Below, piece after piece: positions 47,437 to 60,618 of a stretch of DNA of 64,000 bases. The DNA is from Octopus sinensis. Its lineage: Eukaryota. The position numbers and the translations under genes are program-made. The notes beneath the pieces are model-generated. The model had not been told where the DNA came from. It was given only the letters and a program-made list of their open reading frames with translations, and ran no database searches. Within the stretch, counting starts at the first letter, position 1, and each line of letters begins with the position of its first letter. The DNA is taken from the NCBI RefSeq assembly GCF_006345805.1, contig NC_043002.1:51150001-51214000 (forward strand), written 5' to 3'.

Positions 47437-47648
47437 TTTCCACTTTAGGAAAAAGGCCTGAAATTTTGGGAGAGGAGGATAGTCGATTACATCGACCCGA
47501 GTACTCAATTGATACTTATTTTATCGTCCCCTAAAAGATGAAAGGCAAAGTAAACCTCGGCGGAATTTGAACACATAACGTAACGACGGGTAAAATACCG
47601 CAAGTCATTGCGCTCAGTGTGCTAACGATTCTGCCAGCTCGCTACCTT
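47437..47648 (-). mobile_element. SINE family A, full-length
   Basis: AAAGGCAAAGTAAACCTCGGCGGAATTTGAACAC...GTGCTAACGATTCTGCCAGCTCGCTACCTT on the plus strand. Confidence 0.85.
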
Positions 47649-47695
47649 AACAAAACTACTACTACTACTGCTGCTGCTACTGCTACTCCTACTAT

Positions 47696-47797
<102 letters not shown>

Positions 47798-47869
47798 CAA
47801 CCACAACAACAACAATAACAACAATAATAATAATGATAATAAAGACGAAGAGCGCAATTCGATTGTAAT

Positions 47870-49087
47870 AGATATTTTATTGGTTGAACAATATTTCAAC
47901 TGTAAGTCTGTCTTTGTCAAGTCCAAAATAAGATGTGATATAAATTCAAAATTATAGAGACACAATTACTGAAGACATTCATATCCCTTCATGGTCATGA
48001 ACCAATACTCTGGTTACGGTTCGTTGATGACGTATTTTTTGTCTGGGAAGGATGACAAGAATAGTTTAATGGACTTCTTGCATTTCTGTGATTATGGCTT
48101 TAAGTCCAACATACAATTTACGTATAGTTTTTCAAAAATTAGCTTTGAGTTTTTGGACACAAAAGTCAAGTTTTCTGGAGGCAGAATAGTGACAGAGTTA
48201 TTTTACACGCCCACATCATCCCACATTTATCTCCACCGCTGCGCCGATCATCCTCATCATATTATTCGGTCAAATCCGAAATCCCAATTTTTGAGGATAA
48301 AACGGATTTGTACTGACATAAGGGATTACTGGAAACATGCAAATGCTTTTCTACATCATTATGTCAAACGCGTTTACAGTTAATCACGATTAAAGGAAAT
48401 AGCAAATGAAATGGCTAAGATTAGCAACGATAGTCAAATCTTCACGCATAATTTTAGCAAGTAAAATATAATAGACTAGCAGAGATACCCAGCGTTGCCC
48501 GGTTACATTCAATTGAAGAATTAGACTTTTCTGTTATATTTTCTGTAATGAACTGGAATATCGATGTTTCGAATTTCATCAAAATTGCAGATGAGGGTTA
48601 TTTCCCTCTTTACACACCCTAAAGAATTTGTAATCGTGCCACATGTATCCCATACTACTGATTTGTATGCGCATATTCTAAAATTCCAGTGTTATTGAAC
48701 CTGTTAAAAAGATTTTGTTCCTAAAAAATGAAGGTCATGGAGCTCTAAAATGTGAGAGTTAAGGCCCCTGTTGGGGGTGGACATCTTAATGTCAACCCGA
48801 GAAGTTGAATTGTTGAAAATCTTTTAAACTTGGGTGTTATTTCTATTGTTTGAATTTCTTTGAAATAGGAAATATATGTTCACAGGGTTTGTAAAAGACG
48901 AATGATCACAATAAGCAGTCAGTTACCTTACCCTAGTCATTACTTGAAGTACCGGTTCAAGAACTATGTTATATATATATATATGTGTATGTGTGTGTGT
49001 GTGGTGTGGTGTGTGTGTGTGTGTGTGTGTGAGTGTGTGTGTGTGTGTATGTGTGTGTGTGTATACATATATGTATATATATATGTG

Positions 49088-49125
<38 letters not shown>

Positions 49126-49592
49126 TAAATTGATAGATACAACTGAGTGGGCAAACAAAAATATGAGACACTTCGTAGTGCTGTTTTATATTCTGATAAG
49201 CCTGGTACTTATTCTATCAGTTTCCTTTTGTGAAACCAGTAAGTTATGGGGATGTAAATAAACGAACACCAGTTGTGAAGCAGTGATGAGGGAGAAACAC
49301 GAAGACACACACATAGACTTATATATATACATACATATACATACAATTGATTTCTTTCAGTTTCTGTCTACAAAATCCACTGACCAAGCTTTGGTTGGTC
49401 TCAGGCTATAGTAGAAGACACATGCCAAGTTACCACACAGTGGAACTGAACTGAGGACCATGTGTTTTGGAACCAAGTTTGTTACCACACAGCCACACCT
49501 GCACTTATGTATGTGTGTGTGTATGTGTGTATGGGTGTATATATGTATGCATATATATATGTGTATATATATGTGTACATATTACATGTACA

Positions 49593-49629
<37 letters not shown>

Positions 49630-50690
49630 ACATACATGTATACACATACATGTATATCTATAGAAATACATCTATACATATACAGCTATACATATACATG
49701 CATACATATACAGCTATATATATACATGTATATACATACATATATACATCCATATACATACAATAGAGAGATATTTTTGTTTCACTTTTAACACCTAAGA
49801 CTGAAATAGTGGAGAAGATATGATATTGCTGTGGGCTCGCCCTAGGCAAGAAGTTAGAATTGTTTTGCCCATGACACTACATGGACCCTAAGTAAGGCAT
49901 GTGTAAAATTTGAATGAAATTGGTTGTGTAGTTCCCAAGTTTTAGGGAAACACACAGACAGACAGACACACATTCTCAGTTTTGTATATATATAGATAAC
50001 AGAATTCCTTTAGTGATTAACTGGCACCGAAATTTTGCTGGCATTTCAAAAGTGTTGCATGAAAGTTACCAGCATGTGGGAGAAAATATTCTTGTTTCAA
50101 ACAAATATTTCCTCAGCCTCCTATTGTAGCCATTAGACGGAATAAGAATATAAGAGAATTATTGACCCCTATTTCTGATTCCAAGAAAACGAACATTAGA
50201 GTATCTGCACGCTGTACCTTGAAAAACAGACGAAAGAGAGGTAAGCCACGTTCATTGTGCAGCAACATGAGTCAACTGGATTCCATCAGGAATCATGACA
50301 GAAATGTTATGATTTATACAGAAGGTTGGACGTGCAGAGATTCCCATTTTGTGTATGCTGCTGAATGCACGAAACACAATTTATGTTGGTTGTACAACAG
50401 AACAATTAAACAAAAGGTTTAATGGGCACAGATTCGACGTCAGGCACAATAACAGTAGTTCGACAGAACTTGCTGAACATTTCGTTTCAAACGGCTGCAA
50501 TTTTGAAGAAGACTTGAAAGTGCATATTCTCAGAAAATATTCTGAATCTACTTCACTTTCACTTCTCAGAATGCATGAGGAGAAATATGTTTGCTGGTTC
50601 TTAACATCACGCCCACGAGTAATTAATAAAACGGCAGGAGAATATCATCAAATTTATGCATAACTGTTTGATTAAATATTCTCTTTCTCT
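47870..50690 (+). pseudogene. Penelope-like element relic: RT C-half (47870-48466), linker and GIY-YIG endonuclease (49998-50663), split by an insertion
   Basis: HEPILWLRFVDDVFFVW; QFT...FLDTKV...TELFYTPTSSHIYL...HPHH...SQFLRIKRIC; then RIPLVINWH..., FPQPPIVAIRRNKNIRELL and FVYAAECTKHN/IYVGCTTEQLNKRFNGH (ORF 50349-50663). Confidence 0.88.
48467..49997 (+). mobile_element. Non-autonomous Helitron-like element inserted in the PLE, itself containing microsatellites and a family C SINE (~49130-49503, -)
   Basis: Starts ...ACTAGCAGAGATACCCAGCGTTGCCCGG and ends AAAATTTGAATGAAATTGG...CACACAGACAGACAGACACACATTCTCAGTTTTGTATATATATAGAT. PLE coding homology stops and resumes at these ends. Confidence 0.6.
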
Positions 50691-50734
50691 TTCTATTTTC
50701 CTTCCTCTTTTTTCTGTCTAATAATGATAATAAC

Positions 50735-51357
50735 ACTTTCCACTATAAGCACACGGCGTGAATTTTGTGAGAAGACGGACAGCTGATCACATTGATTACA
50801 GTACTCAACTAGTACTTAATTTATCGACCCGAAAGGATGAAAGACAAAGATAACCCCAGCGGAATTTGAACTCAGAACGTAGTGACGGGCGAAATACTGC
50901 TAAGCATTTCTCCCAGCGTTCTAACGATTCTACCAGCTCATCGCCTTAATAATAATAATAATAATCTTTTCTACTGTAGGTACAAGGCCCGAAATTTTTG
51001 GGCGGGGAGCCAGTCGATTAGATTGACGCCAGTGCGTAACTGGTACTTATTTAATCGACCCCGAAAGGATGAAAGGCAAAGTCGACCTCGGCGGAATTTG
51101 AACTCAGAACGTAGCGGCAGGCGAAATACTTATTTCTTTACTACCCACAAGGGGCTAAACACAGAGAGGACAAACAAGGACAGACAAACGGATCAAGTCG
51201 ATTATATCGACCTCAGTGCGTAACTGGTACTTATTTAATCGACCCCGAAAGGATGAAAAGCAAAGTCGATCACGGCGGAATTTGAACTCAGAACGTAACG
51301 GCAGACGAAATATGGCTACGCATTTCGCCCGGTGTGCTAACGTTTCTGCCAGCTCGG
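50735..51357 (-). mobile_element. SINE family A, three head-to-tail copies with two different 3' tails
   Basis: Units at 50735-50947, 50965-51128 (5'-truncated and fused) and 51129-51357, each with AAAGGATGAAAG.CAAAG...GGCGGAATTTGAACTCAGAACGTA; (TAA)n flanks. Confidence 0.88.
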
Positions 51358-51364
51358 TGTGATG

Positions 51365-51423
<59 letters not shown>

Positions 51424-52239
51424 TGTATGTATGTATGTATTCAGGTATCTATGTATAAACAGGTGCGTTTATAGTAAAACACGTTCACTGTCGCAGTTAA
51501 ATTGCAGTAAAACCATTTTATGTTAACGTTGACATATTTTAATAATTTTTAATGGATGTATTTTATGTTGCCTCTTGGAAAACTTGTGTTTCTTTTGTAC
51601 TGAGCTCATAGTACAATAATGAAGATGTAATTTCTGTTAGGGTTACTGTTGTTGTAGATTTTCTTTCTGTCATCTTCACTTTTAGCTCCAGATATGCTTG
51701 AATCAAGCAAACATACGAAGAATATGAATGGAATTCTAGCTATGACCATCCTATTTTTTCCTTAGCTTTCTAGAGACAATGTATCTAACACTATGTTCTT
51801 CACTAGCCTTATCCTCTTAGGATGATAAGCCGTGATCAGAAAGTAAGCTACTACCTATAAACACCCCAGTGTTTCCTCACAGTGGATAGTCGTCTGTCTG
51901 TAGTTATATTTGGTTTGCTTTTGTCGTTGTTTAGCTACATCACAGTTCTGACTCAGCAGAACAATTATCAATGGTATTGCATCCACATAAATATACAACG
52001 ACTGAAAGAAATAAACGGGCATAATTATTATTTCTTTGTTAGAAAACATGAAGCTATGTGGACTAGTGGTAAGGATATTCGGTCAGAGTTCAATTCTTGC
52101 AAACGGCTCACGCGTTGCGTCCTTAAGCGAGACACTTTATTTCCCGTTGTTCCAGGCGACTCAGTTATAATGAATACCGGCCTGGTGCTGAGGCAGCTCT
52201 CTCACTCTCTGTCTCTCTGTTTCTCTCTCTCTCTCTCTT

Positions 52240-52275
<36 letters not shown>

Positions 52276-52908
52276 TCTCCAAATTGCGCATGAACAAGAA
52301 GGCGAAGAGGATGTCTATATCTGCCCACTAACACAGAGTCACCAGAAACAATTAGCGAATGACGTCTACTTATAATTGTGACTTCAGATTTCAGACAATT
52401 ACAACAGAATATTCTAACATACATACAATGTAACGCTAAATAACAACAGCAATAACCCTGAGGCATTCTATCATCGGTAAAAATTGTTGAAACATGAACC
52501 ACGACTACAACTGAAAACACTAAAAAAATATCACGTACATATAGATAGACAGACGAAGAAGTTACAAAGAAGCTGGGTAGGTAGATAAGTTATATCTGAG
52601 CGACACTGAAAACAGAAGTGAAACGATTAAGTCCAATATTCTCAAATTTATTGTGTAATAACACGACATTATTATCCGAAAGTTAAGCGAAGTATTATAC
52701 GCGTTCGACTTCCAAATACACTTATAACTCTCAAAAATTTAATAGGTGTGCGTGCGCTCACACATACACACACAGATATGTATATATATATCATATATAT
52801 ATATATAATATATATAATATATATATAATATTTCATATATATCATATATATTATATATAAATGAGTGTATATGTATATATGTAAATCTGCGTATATATAT
52901 AAATATAA

Positions 52909-52969
<61 letters not shown>

Positions 52970-53008
52970 CGTACAAATACATAAACACACACAACACACA
53001 CACACACA

Positions 53009-53043
<35 letters not shown>

Positions 53044-53199
53044 CAGTAAGAAGATATTCAATGAAATAAAAAAAGGACAAGAAATTAACAATGTAAAAGA
53101 ATGTAAACATTATTTTTTTTTATATGGAAATATGAATAGCTCTGTTAAACGTCTGTATGCGCTTTGAATGTATATTTGTATATCTATCTATCCATATAT

Positions 53200-53410
53200 T
53201 GGCATGGCTGTGTGGTAAGTAGCCTGATTCACAACCACACGGTGCCGTGTTCAGTCTCGTTCAAGTGTCTTCTAGTATAGCCTCGGGCTGACCAAAGCAT
53301 TATGAATGGATTTGGTAGACGGAAATTGAAAGAAGCCCGTCGTTTAAGGCGGTGCTCCAGCATGGCTGGGGTCAAGTGAGTGAAATGTGTAAAAGAATAA
53401 AAGAATAAAA
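53200..53410 (+). mobile_element. SINE family C with the central part deleted
   Basis: GGCATGGCTGTGTGGTAAGTAGC...GAAAGAAGCCCGTCG is joined directly to TTTAAGGCGGTGCTCCAGCATGGC...AAAAGAATAAAAGAATAAA. Confidence 0.8.
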
Positions 53411-53486
53411 TAATAACATATACATATACACACACGTACATACACATACAATCATACACATAATCGCACGCGCATATATATATCTA

Positions 53487-53533
<47 letters not shown>

Positions 53534-53620
53534 ATATATATATATATATGTATACCTAGCACTTGTTGAGTGAAAATGTAAGTTGCTGAGCATTCTACGT
53601 ATATGTGTACCTTTAACGTA

Positions 53621-54020
53621 CGAGGCTAGACTGAAAAGTTCAAAGGGTGACTACGAAGGTGTGACGCTGGAGTTGTGAATTTTGCATGCATTAATTTCAA
53701 CCCTCGTTCTTAATAACTGCATTGTTTCTCTTTAGGTAAACTGACATCTGACTATTCAAAGAAGTCTTTAAATGTAACTTGTAGCAATCTCTCTTGAAAA
53801 CTGACCAAATTTAGCATTGTTGTGTTTTCAAGTACCTACACATAAATGGTTTAACCCCTTGGGACATTCATCCTGGCATATGTGCTACATTAGATGATGC
53901 TAGTTTTGTCAACAGTGCAAAAATGGGCAATTGAATTTAGAAGGGCGAGGGAGAGCCTTGAAGATAACCCAAAGTCTAGATGTCCTGCAACAACCACCGC
54001 TGCGAAAACAATGATCGTGT
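53621..54020 (+). mobile_element. Mariner-like element, 5' relic (TIR plus transposase N-terminal HTH region)
   Basis: TA|CGAGGCTAGACTGAAAAGTTC TIR-like start. Translation with stop and frameshift: VFKYLHINGLTPWDIH...STVQKWAIEFRRARESLEDNPKSRCP, matching the mariner VKKW..EF.RGR.SLEDDPRSGRP pattern. Confidence 0.8.
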
Positions 54021-54023
54021 ATG

Positions 54024-54108
<85 letters not shown>

Positions 54109-54138
54109 CATATAATATATATATATGTGTGTGTGTGT

Positions 54139-54385
54139 GGAGGCGCGTGGCTTAGTGGTTAAGGTGTCACCATCATGATCATAAGATTGTGGTTTCGATT
54201 CCTGGACCGAGTGATGCATTGTGTTCTTGAGCAAAACACTTCATTTCACATTGCTCCAGTTCACTCAGCTGGCAAAAATGAGTAACGCTGCGATGGACTG
54301 GCGTCTCGTTCAGCTGGGGAACACATACGTCATAGAAACCGGGAAACCGGGCCCATGAGCCTCGCTAGGCTTTAAAAGTGAGCAT
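54139..54385 (+). mobile_element. SINE family B (third 3' variant)
   Basis: GGAGGCGCGTGGCTTAGTGGTTAAGG...GGTTTCGATTCC...TTGTGTTCTTGAGCAAAACACTTCATTTCACATTGCTCCAG. Confidence 0.85.
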
Positions 54386-54426
54386 TTATGTTATTTTTAT
54401 TATATATATATGTGTATATATCTATG

Positions 54427-54486
<60 letters not shown>

Positions 54487-56112
54487 CATATACTCACATA
54501 AGATGGCCTCTACACAATACCCGTCTTCTAAATTAACTCACAAGACATTTATCGTCCCAAAATTATAGTAGAGAACTGTTGCCCAAGGTGCCAGGCAGTG
54601 AGACCGAACCCGAAACCTCATTGTTGTAAAAGGATTTAACTTCCTAAAAATTCAGTGCATGTTACCAATATCCTAACTACATCGTTACGTTATTTTAAAA
54701 CATGTTTAACGTTATAAAGTATATTGTTACTTTATAAGCATGTTTACACATTATATCTACAGTATAACTTCACTGCTGTGTGATTGCATCATTTTGAAGT
54801 TATACCTATATAGTTAGGTTGTAGCTATAAAGTTAAATAATAATTATATAATTACTCTATAGCTTTATACCTACGTTATAATTATACAGTTACATTATAG
54901 CTGTATAATCACATTATATTTTCAATGTATAACATCAAGGAGGAAAGATGTTAAAAGTTATAATATAATGTAAATAAGAAAGAATACGTAGACGACCATA
55001 GTAGTACACGCAATCTGGAGTCATTGTTGCATTTTTGGGTATTTGTTCCGTCTTTGTGCACTCCGAGTTCGATTTACGCTGAGGTTAACTTTGTCTCTCG
55101 TCATCGCGGGAACTGATAAGTGAAGTGTTAATCCGTTATAAAGGTCGAGTGTCCTCTGTGTTCCTCTCTCTCACTTTTTCCCCGCTCCCGCTTGTCCTTT
55201 ATTCTAGATTCTATTTGTGAGAGATAGTAGTAGTAGAAGAAGAAGAAAGAAGAAGAAGAAGAAGAAGAAGAAGAAGAAGAAAGAAGCAGAAAGGACACAT
55301 TAGATAGTCTAGCAAAAAGACAGGATTGTTGCAGCCGGGACACAATTGGTCTAAGATATGCTCATTCGAGATGGATCTAGGACTAAACAACTACTACAGA
55401 CCATACAATGGAAACTGGCAATCAAACTACAATCTAGCCAAACAGCCGAATATAAACCAACCATATGAACCAGTCCGCACATGCACCAACAAACAAACTC
55501 GCGCGAACACCATCTGTAGAGGAACAGTCTCCTCTCTCACACACACATACGCATGCAACGAAATAGCTAACCTACACTAAAAGAACCCACACTCACAAAG
55601 AACAATCCAACCGTTATTAACCCACACATTCATCTGCCAACACCACCAGCAAGTAAAAGAATTAAGTAACAACAAAAAAAAAAGATACCAAAACGAGGTA
55701 CGTCAAATGACGATGTGCTTAGGCGACGACATGGCGTTTGCATACGTAGTGTCAGTGTCGGCAGGATGGTGCGAGGCGAAATATTTCTAACATTGCCATC
55801 AGTGCCATTTTTCCCTCTCTCTCTCTACCTCTCTCTACTTTGCTCTCTCTGTCATTTTTTTTCTCTTTTTCTTCCTCTCTCACATTTTTTCTTACTCAAT
55901 CTCCGTTGCTCATAGATATATTCAGGTCGTATCCCCTGTTCACTTTCTATCATTCTATCTCTCCTTCTCCACCTTTCATTCTCACATCATAAAGCGCATT
56001 CTCTTAAGTAAACGATCGTATGTTACTATAAGCTAGTATATGTATATATGTATGCATGTATGTATGTTTATAAGTGTGTGTGTGTGTGTGTGCCTGTATA
56101 TTATGTGTATGA

Positions 56113-56145
<33 letters not shown>

Positions 56146-56229
56146 TGTATATATATATATATATATATACATACATATATGCATACATACATACATACAT
56201 ATACGCACATATATATACATGTACATATA

Positions 56230-56279
<50 letters not shown>

Positions 56280-56303
56280 TATACATATGTACATGTATAT
56301 ATA

Positions 56304-56357
<54 letters not shown>

Positions 56358-56947
56358 CGTACGTACATACATCAAGCACGCATATATACGTGCTTATATA
56401 TGTGTATGTGTAAAATTTACACATGAAATAATTCCGTACAAATACGTACTTAGACATGCGCAACTGCACAGGACCTTCGCACACGCCCACACACACACAC
56501 ACACACAGCAACATGAACAGATAGACGCACACATAGAATAACTGCGAACATTCGAAGTAAAGATAGAAGTGACGGCAAATGGCATGTGTCGGCACGAGTC
56601 ATATTCAGACTTTATGACATGGCAAAGTAACTTAACTGGCAAGGCGGGAAAATCTTTGATAAAATTGTCAAAATTTATGTCGGATACCATCTTAGTAACT
56701 TTGAAAAGCAAAATGGAGGAAGGGAGGAGTGGAAGATGTTCTACTTACTTGCTTACTCCTCTTTTTCTACCTGCTTCTCTCTCTCGCAATCTTACAACAT
56801 GGCATTTGGTTCTCGGTTTTACAAGTCATCTTTGCCTTTCGTTAAACGTCCAGTTGTACATTCATATGTACATGCTTACGTACATGCGTACATAAATACT
56901 TACATGCATGCATGTACGTATGTATGCATGTATGCCACACACTCCCT

Positions 56948-57001
<54 letters not shown>

Positions 57002-57032
57002 TTACAAATAATAATAATAATAATAATAATCC

Positions 57033-57248
57033 TTTCTACTAAAGTCACAAGTTCAGCAAGTTCGAAGGAAGGAGGGAGTAAATCGATTACATCGGCCCCA
57101 GTGTTCCACTGGTACTTATTTCATTGATCCGAAAAGGATACATGGGGAAGTTGACCATGGCGGAATTTTAACTCGGAATGTAAAGGTGGGTGAATTACCG
57201 TTAAATATTTTGCTCGACGTACTAACGAATCTGCCAGCTCGCCACCTT
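57033..57248 (-). mobile_element. SINE family A, full-length
   Basis: CGATTACATCGGCCCCAGTGTTCCACTGGTACTTATT...GGCGGAATTTTAACTC...CTGCCAGCTCGCCACCTT on the plus strand. Confidence 0.8.
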
Positions 57249-57259
57249 AATAATAATAA

Positions 57260-57730
57260 GAAGAAACATGACAGAATATTTGGTAAAAAGAAAACAAGAC
57301 TTGCTATAGTATGCTGCTAATGCAGGGGGATTTATCAAAAATGGACTTCAGAGTGCTCATGAATTCCGATCAAGAACAGCCAACGAGAAAGAAGAAACCC
57401 TACGCCGCCTGATGAGCTTCCCTGCGAAACCAACAAATTAAAAGACCAGAAAGCATTATGGAGGTGGTTTAACAAAGGTGACCTAAAAAAGAACACCGAA
57501 AGCCTAATCATCGCTGCCCAGGACCAGGCATTGAATACCAACTCAGTAAAAAAGAATATATACCACACAAGTGCAATGGACCTCTGCAGAATAAGTGGGA
57601 AGTAGGTCAAAAGCGTGACTCACAATGTTAGTGCTTGTGTAAGTCTTGCGCAGAAAGAGTACAAGTATAGACACGACAAGGTAGCCCAAAAACCTCCACT
57701 GGTTACCTTGCCGTAAGTATGGATATGAGG
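57260..57730 (+). pseudogene. R4/Dong-like non-LTR retrotransposon fragment (post-RT region with degenerate CCHC knuckle)
   Basis: WRWFNKGDLKKNTESLIIAAQDQALNT...DLCRISGK*VKSVTHNVSACVSLAQKEYKYRHDKVAQ/LHW matches the ETE..I.AAQDQAL.T...CR.C...ETV.HI.S.C..LA..EY..RHD.VA pattern of R4-clade ORFs. Confidence 0.8.
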
Positions 57731-58084
57731 TTCGAATATACCTCAAGCTAAATGCCCTTCAAGTCGCATAACATAGTTTTTTTTAACTTCTAAAAAGTAT
57801 TAAGCTGAAGGGGTCTTTCTGCAAGGTTTGGTCCCTGTTGGGCCTGGGATTCATGGACTTTAGGTGAAAATGTGCTAAAAATACCCGCGAGCCCCATTCT
57901 CATTTTACTCTTTATAAATATGTTTTAACGTGGAAATATTAATATAAATGACTGTTTTCTTTTTTCTTCGCCTGTATTTTCAGTCTTCTAGTACCAATAT
58001 ACGTTGTGCTGGTTTTCTACAAACTTCGTTGTGCAAAAGATACCAACTGGTCACCATTTTCAAGATTCCCTTCATAGAAGAGCA

Positions 58085-58530
58085 GGCGTGGTAAGAAGGT
58101 AACTTTCCAACCACATGATTCCAGACTAAGTCCTGTTGTGTGGCAGCTTGTCCAAGTATCTTCTGCTATAGCCTCAGGCCGACCAGAGCCTTGTGAATGG
58201 ATTTAGTAAAACGAAACTCAAAGAATCCAGTTGTATATGTGTCTTTGTGTGTCTTTATGTTTGTGTGTGTGTGTGTGTGAGTGTGTGTGTGTTTGTGCGT
58301 GTGTGTCTTTTTGTCTGTGTTTGTCCTCCACAACCACTTCATAACCGGTGTTGGTTTGTTTACGTTCTCGTAACTTAGCGGTCCAGCAAAAAGAGGCCGA
58401 TAGAATAAGTACAAGGTTAAAAGAAAAAAAAAGCAGAGAAAGTACTGGCGTCGATTCATTCGACTTAAAGTTCTTCAAGGCGGTGCCCCAACATGGCCGC
58501 AGTCTAATGACTGAAAGAAGTAAATATATA
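58085..58530 (+). mobile_element. SINE family C, full-length with internal (TG)n
   Basis: GGCGTGGTAAGAAGG...CCGACCAGAGCCTTGTGAATGGATTTAG, (TG)n at 58255-58305, then CATGGCCGCAGTCTAATGACTGAAAGAAGTAAA. Confidence 0.85.
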
Positions 58531-59029
58531 AACGATACAAGAGAATTACTATGTCCTCGAACCGGAAATGTTATTGGTTTGTCTTTGAGAGAAGAGCGGA
58601 CGCTGGTAATGTAGGAAGCGACTACTAACAATTGTTTTTATCATGATCTTTTAGGTGGAAATTTTGAAGATAAACGACGTATTTATATAATAGGAGGCGC
58701 TGCATTTCGAGACAATACGAAACATTGTCGATTGTTACTACAAATAAGATTCTAATCCTTTCGGTAAAGAAAACGCCGGATTATATTATGATGGTTGACC
58801 CTATTAAGGCCTATATGACAATAGCTAATAACGAGGGTGACTCTGCTGCTATTTCTTGAAGTCTTTTCGCTTATTCGTCATATCATGATAATGGATGATA
58901 AAGCAGACAATAATCGTGACGTTACTGGTGGTGACGACAATGACAACGACGATAATATCGACGACGACGACGACGTCGAGGATGATGATGAAAATATTGA
59001 TAACGATAATGCTTACAGATGTCGACGAC

Positions 59030-59192
59030 GATGACAATGTTCAAAAGACGACACCGTCGACATATGTGATGACGGAAAAAGTCGGAATGAGAGAATTAAT
59101 TTAATACATAAATGCATTCATGGCGAAGAGACGTCAATAATAGTCGATAAGGCCAGTTTACTATCATTATTATCAGTCATTATTGTTATCAC

Positions 59193-59277
<85 letters not shown>

Positions 59278-59603
59278 GCTCTGCTGTTGATGTTCGTGTT
59301 GTCGTTGTTCATATTATTATCGACGCCGTTGGTGTCGTTGCAGTCACAACAAATGGCGTTTTTGATAGGAGCTATTAATATCACTGTCACCCTGGTGGCA
59401 AATAAATGAAATCAACATCCTCATTCTTCTTCTTCTTCTTTCTCCTCCTCCTCCTCCTTCTTCTTCTTTCTTCTTCTTCTCCTCCTCCTCCTCCTCCTCC
59501 TTCTTCTTTCTTCTTCTTATTCTTCTTCTTCTTCTTCTTCTTCTTCTTCTTCTCCTCCTCCTCCTCCTCCTCCTCCTCCTCCTCCTTATTATTATTATTA
59601 TTA

Positions 59604-59645
<42 letters not shown>

Positions 59646-59780
59646 TCACACCCCAGATATTGCTGGCCTTGTGTTAAAATTTGCAACCATTACTATCATT
59701 ATTATTGCTGTTGTTATTAGTATCGCCATGATCATCATCATCATCAACATCATCATGAAGAACAACAACAACAACAGCGG
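59030..59780. repeat. Compound trinucleotide array: (GAC), (TTA), (TTC/CTC), (TTA), (CAT/CAA)
   Basis: Directly visible. Confidence 0.9.
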
Positions 59781-60027
59781 TAACAACATCAATGATATAA
59801 CAAATACCAAAATTCAAATGACACATACACCTCGGTTCAATCTAACTAGCCTAGCTTTCTAATAGATGTAATGTCGTGTTTAGTGTCAACGTTTGCCAGG
59901 TGATGCTGCCGCCATTAATCCATGATGCCAAAGTGGGGACCATTTCTTCAAGACTGCCTGATTTCACATGGCTCAATGAGCGGAAAACAGATACAGTCGC
60001 ATACACACTTACACACACACACACACA

Positions 60028-60092
<65 letters not shown>

Positions 60093-60141
60093 GCACGCAC
60101 GATATATGTGATATGTGAGTGCATGTGTTTATATATATATA

Positions 60142-60197
<56 letters not shown>

Positions 60198-60240
60198 TAT
60201 ACATACATATATGTGTATATATGCATATATATATACATAT

Positions 60241-60277
<37 letters not shown>

Positions 60278-60484
60278 CATGCTCGATGTGCATAACCATA
60301 CAAATGCATAATCGACATTCGAGAAAACTTGCATATGCATTCTTACACACGTTGCACATGCACATAAATATAAACCACCTTCACACACATGCATAGAAAA
60401 TACATACACAAAAGCAGGCATTTTACAGATGCATGCATACACACATACAGGTATAAATGATCACAGAGAGGTACAAACCAATTG

Positions 60485-60531
<47 letters not shown>

Positions 60532-60587
60532 TATATATAATATATATATATGTGTGTGTGTCTCTCTCTTTCTCTCTGTATGTATGC

Positions 60588-60618
<31 letters not shown>

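Noticed and set aside
51620-51960. Possible minus-strand PLE thumb relic (AYHPKRIRLVKNIV)
   Set aside because: Only one weak motif among many stops.
52581-52640. CTGAGCGA...GTGAAACGATTAAGTC hammerhead-like motif
   Set aside because: Core spacing is wrong and stems I and II cannot both form.
56630-56720. Minus-strand SDINFDNFIKDFPA as a hAT transposase C-terminal dimerisation relic
   Set aside because: The similarity to the IDFDxIIxxFA pattern is too short, with no upstream homology or TIR.
57409-57430. CTGATGA-GC...GC-GAAAC hammerhead-like string
   Set aside because: No stem III or NUH follows, and it lies within the R4-like coding relic; treated as coincidence.
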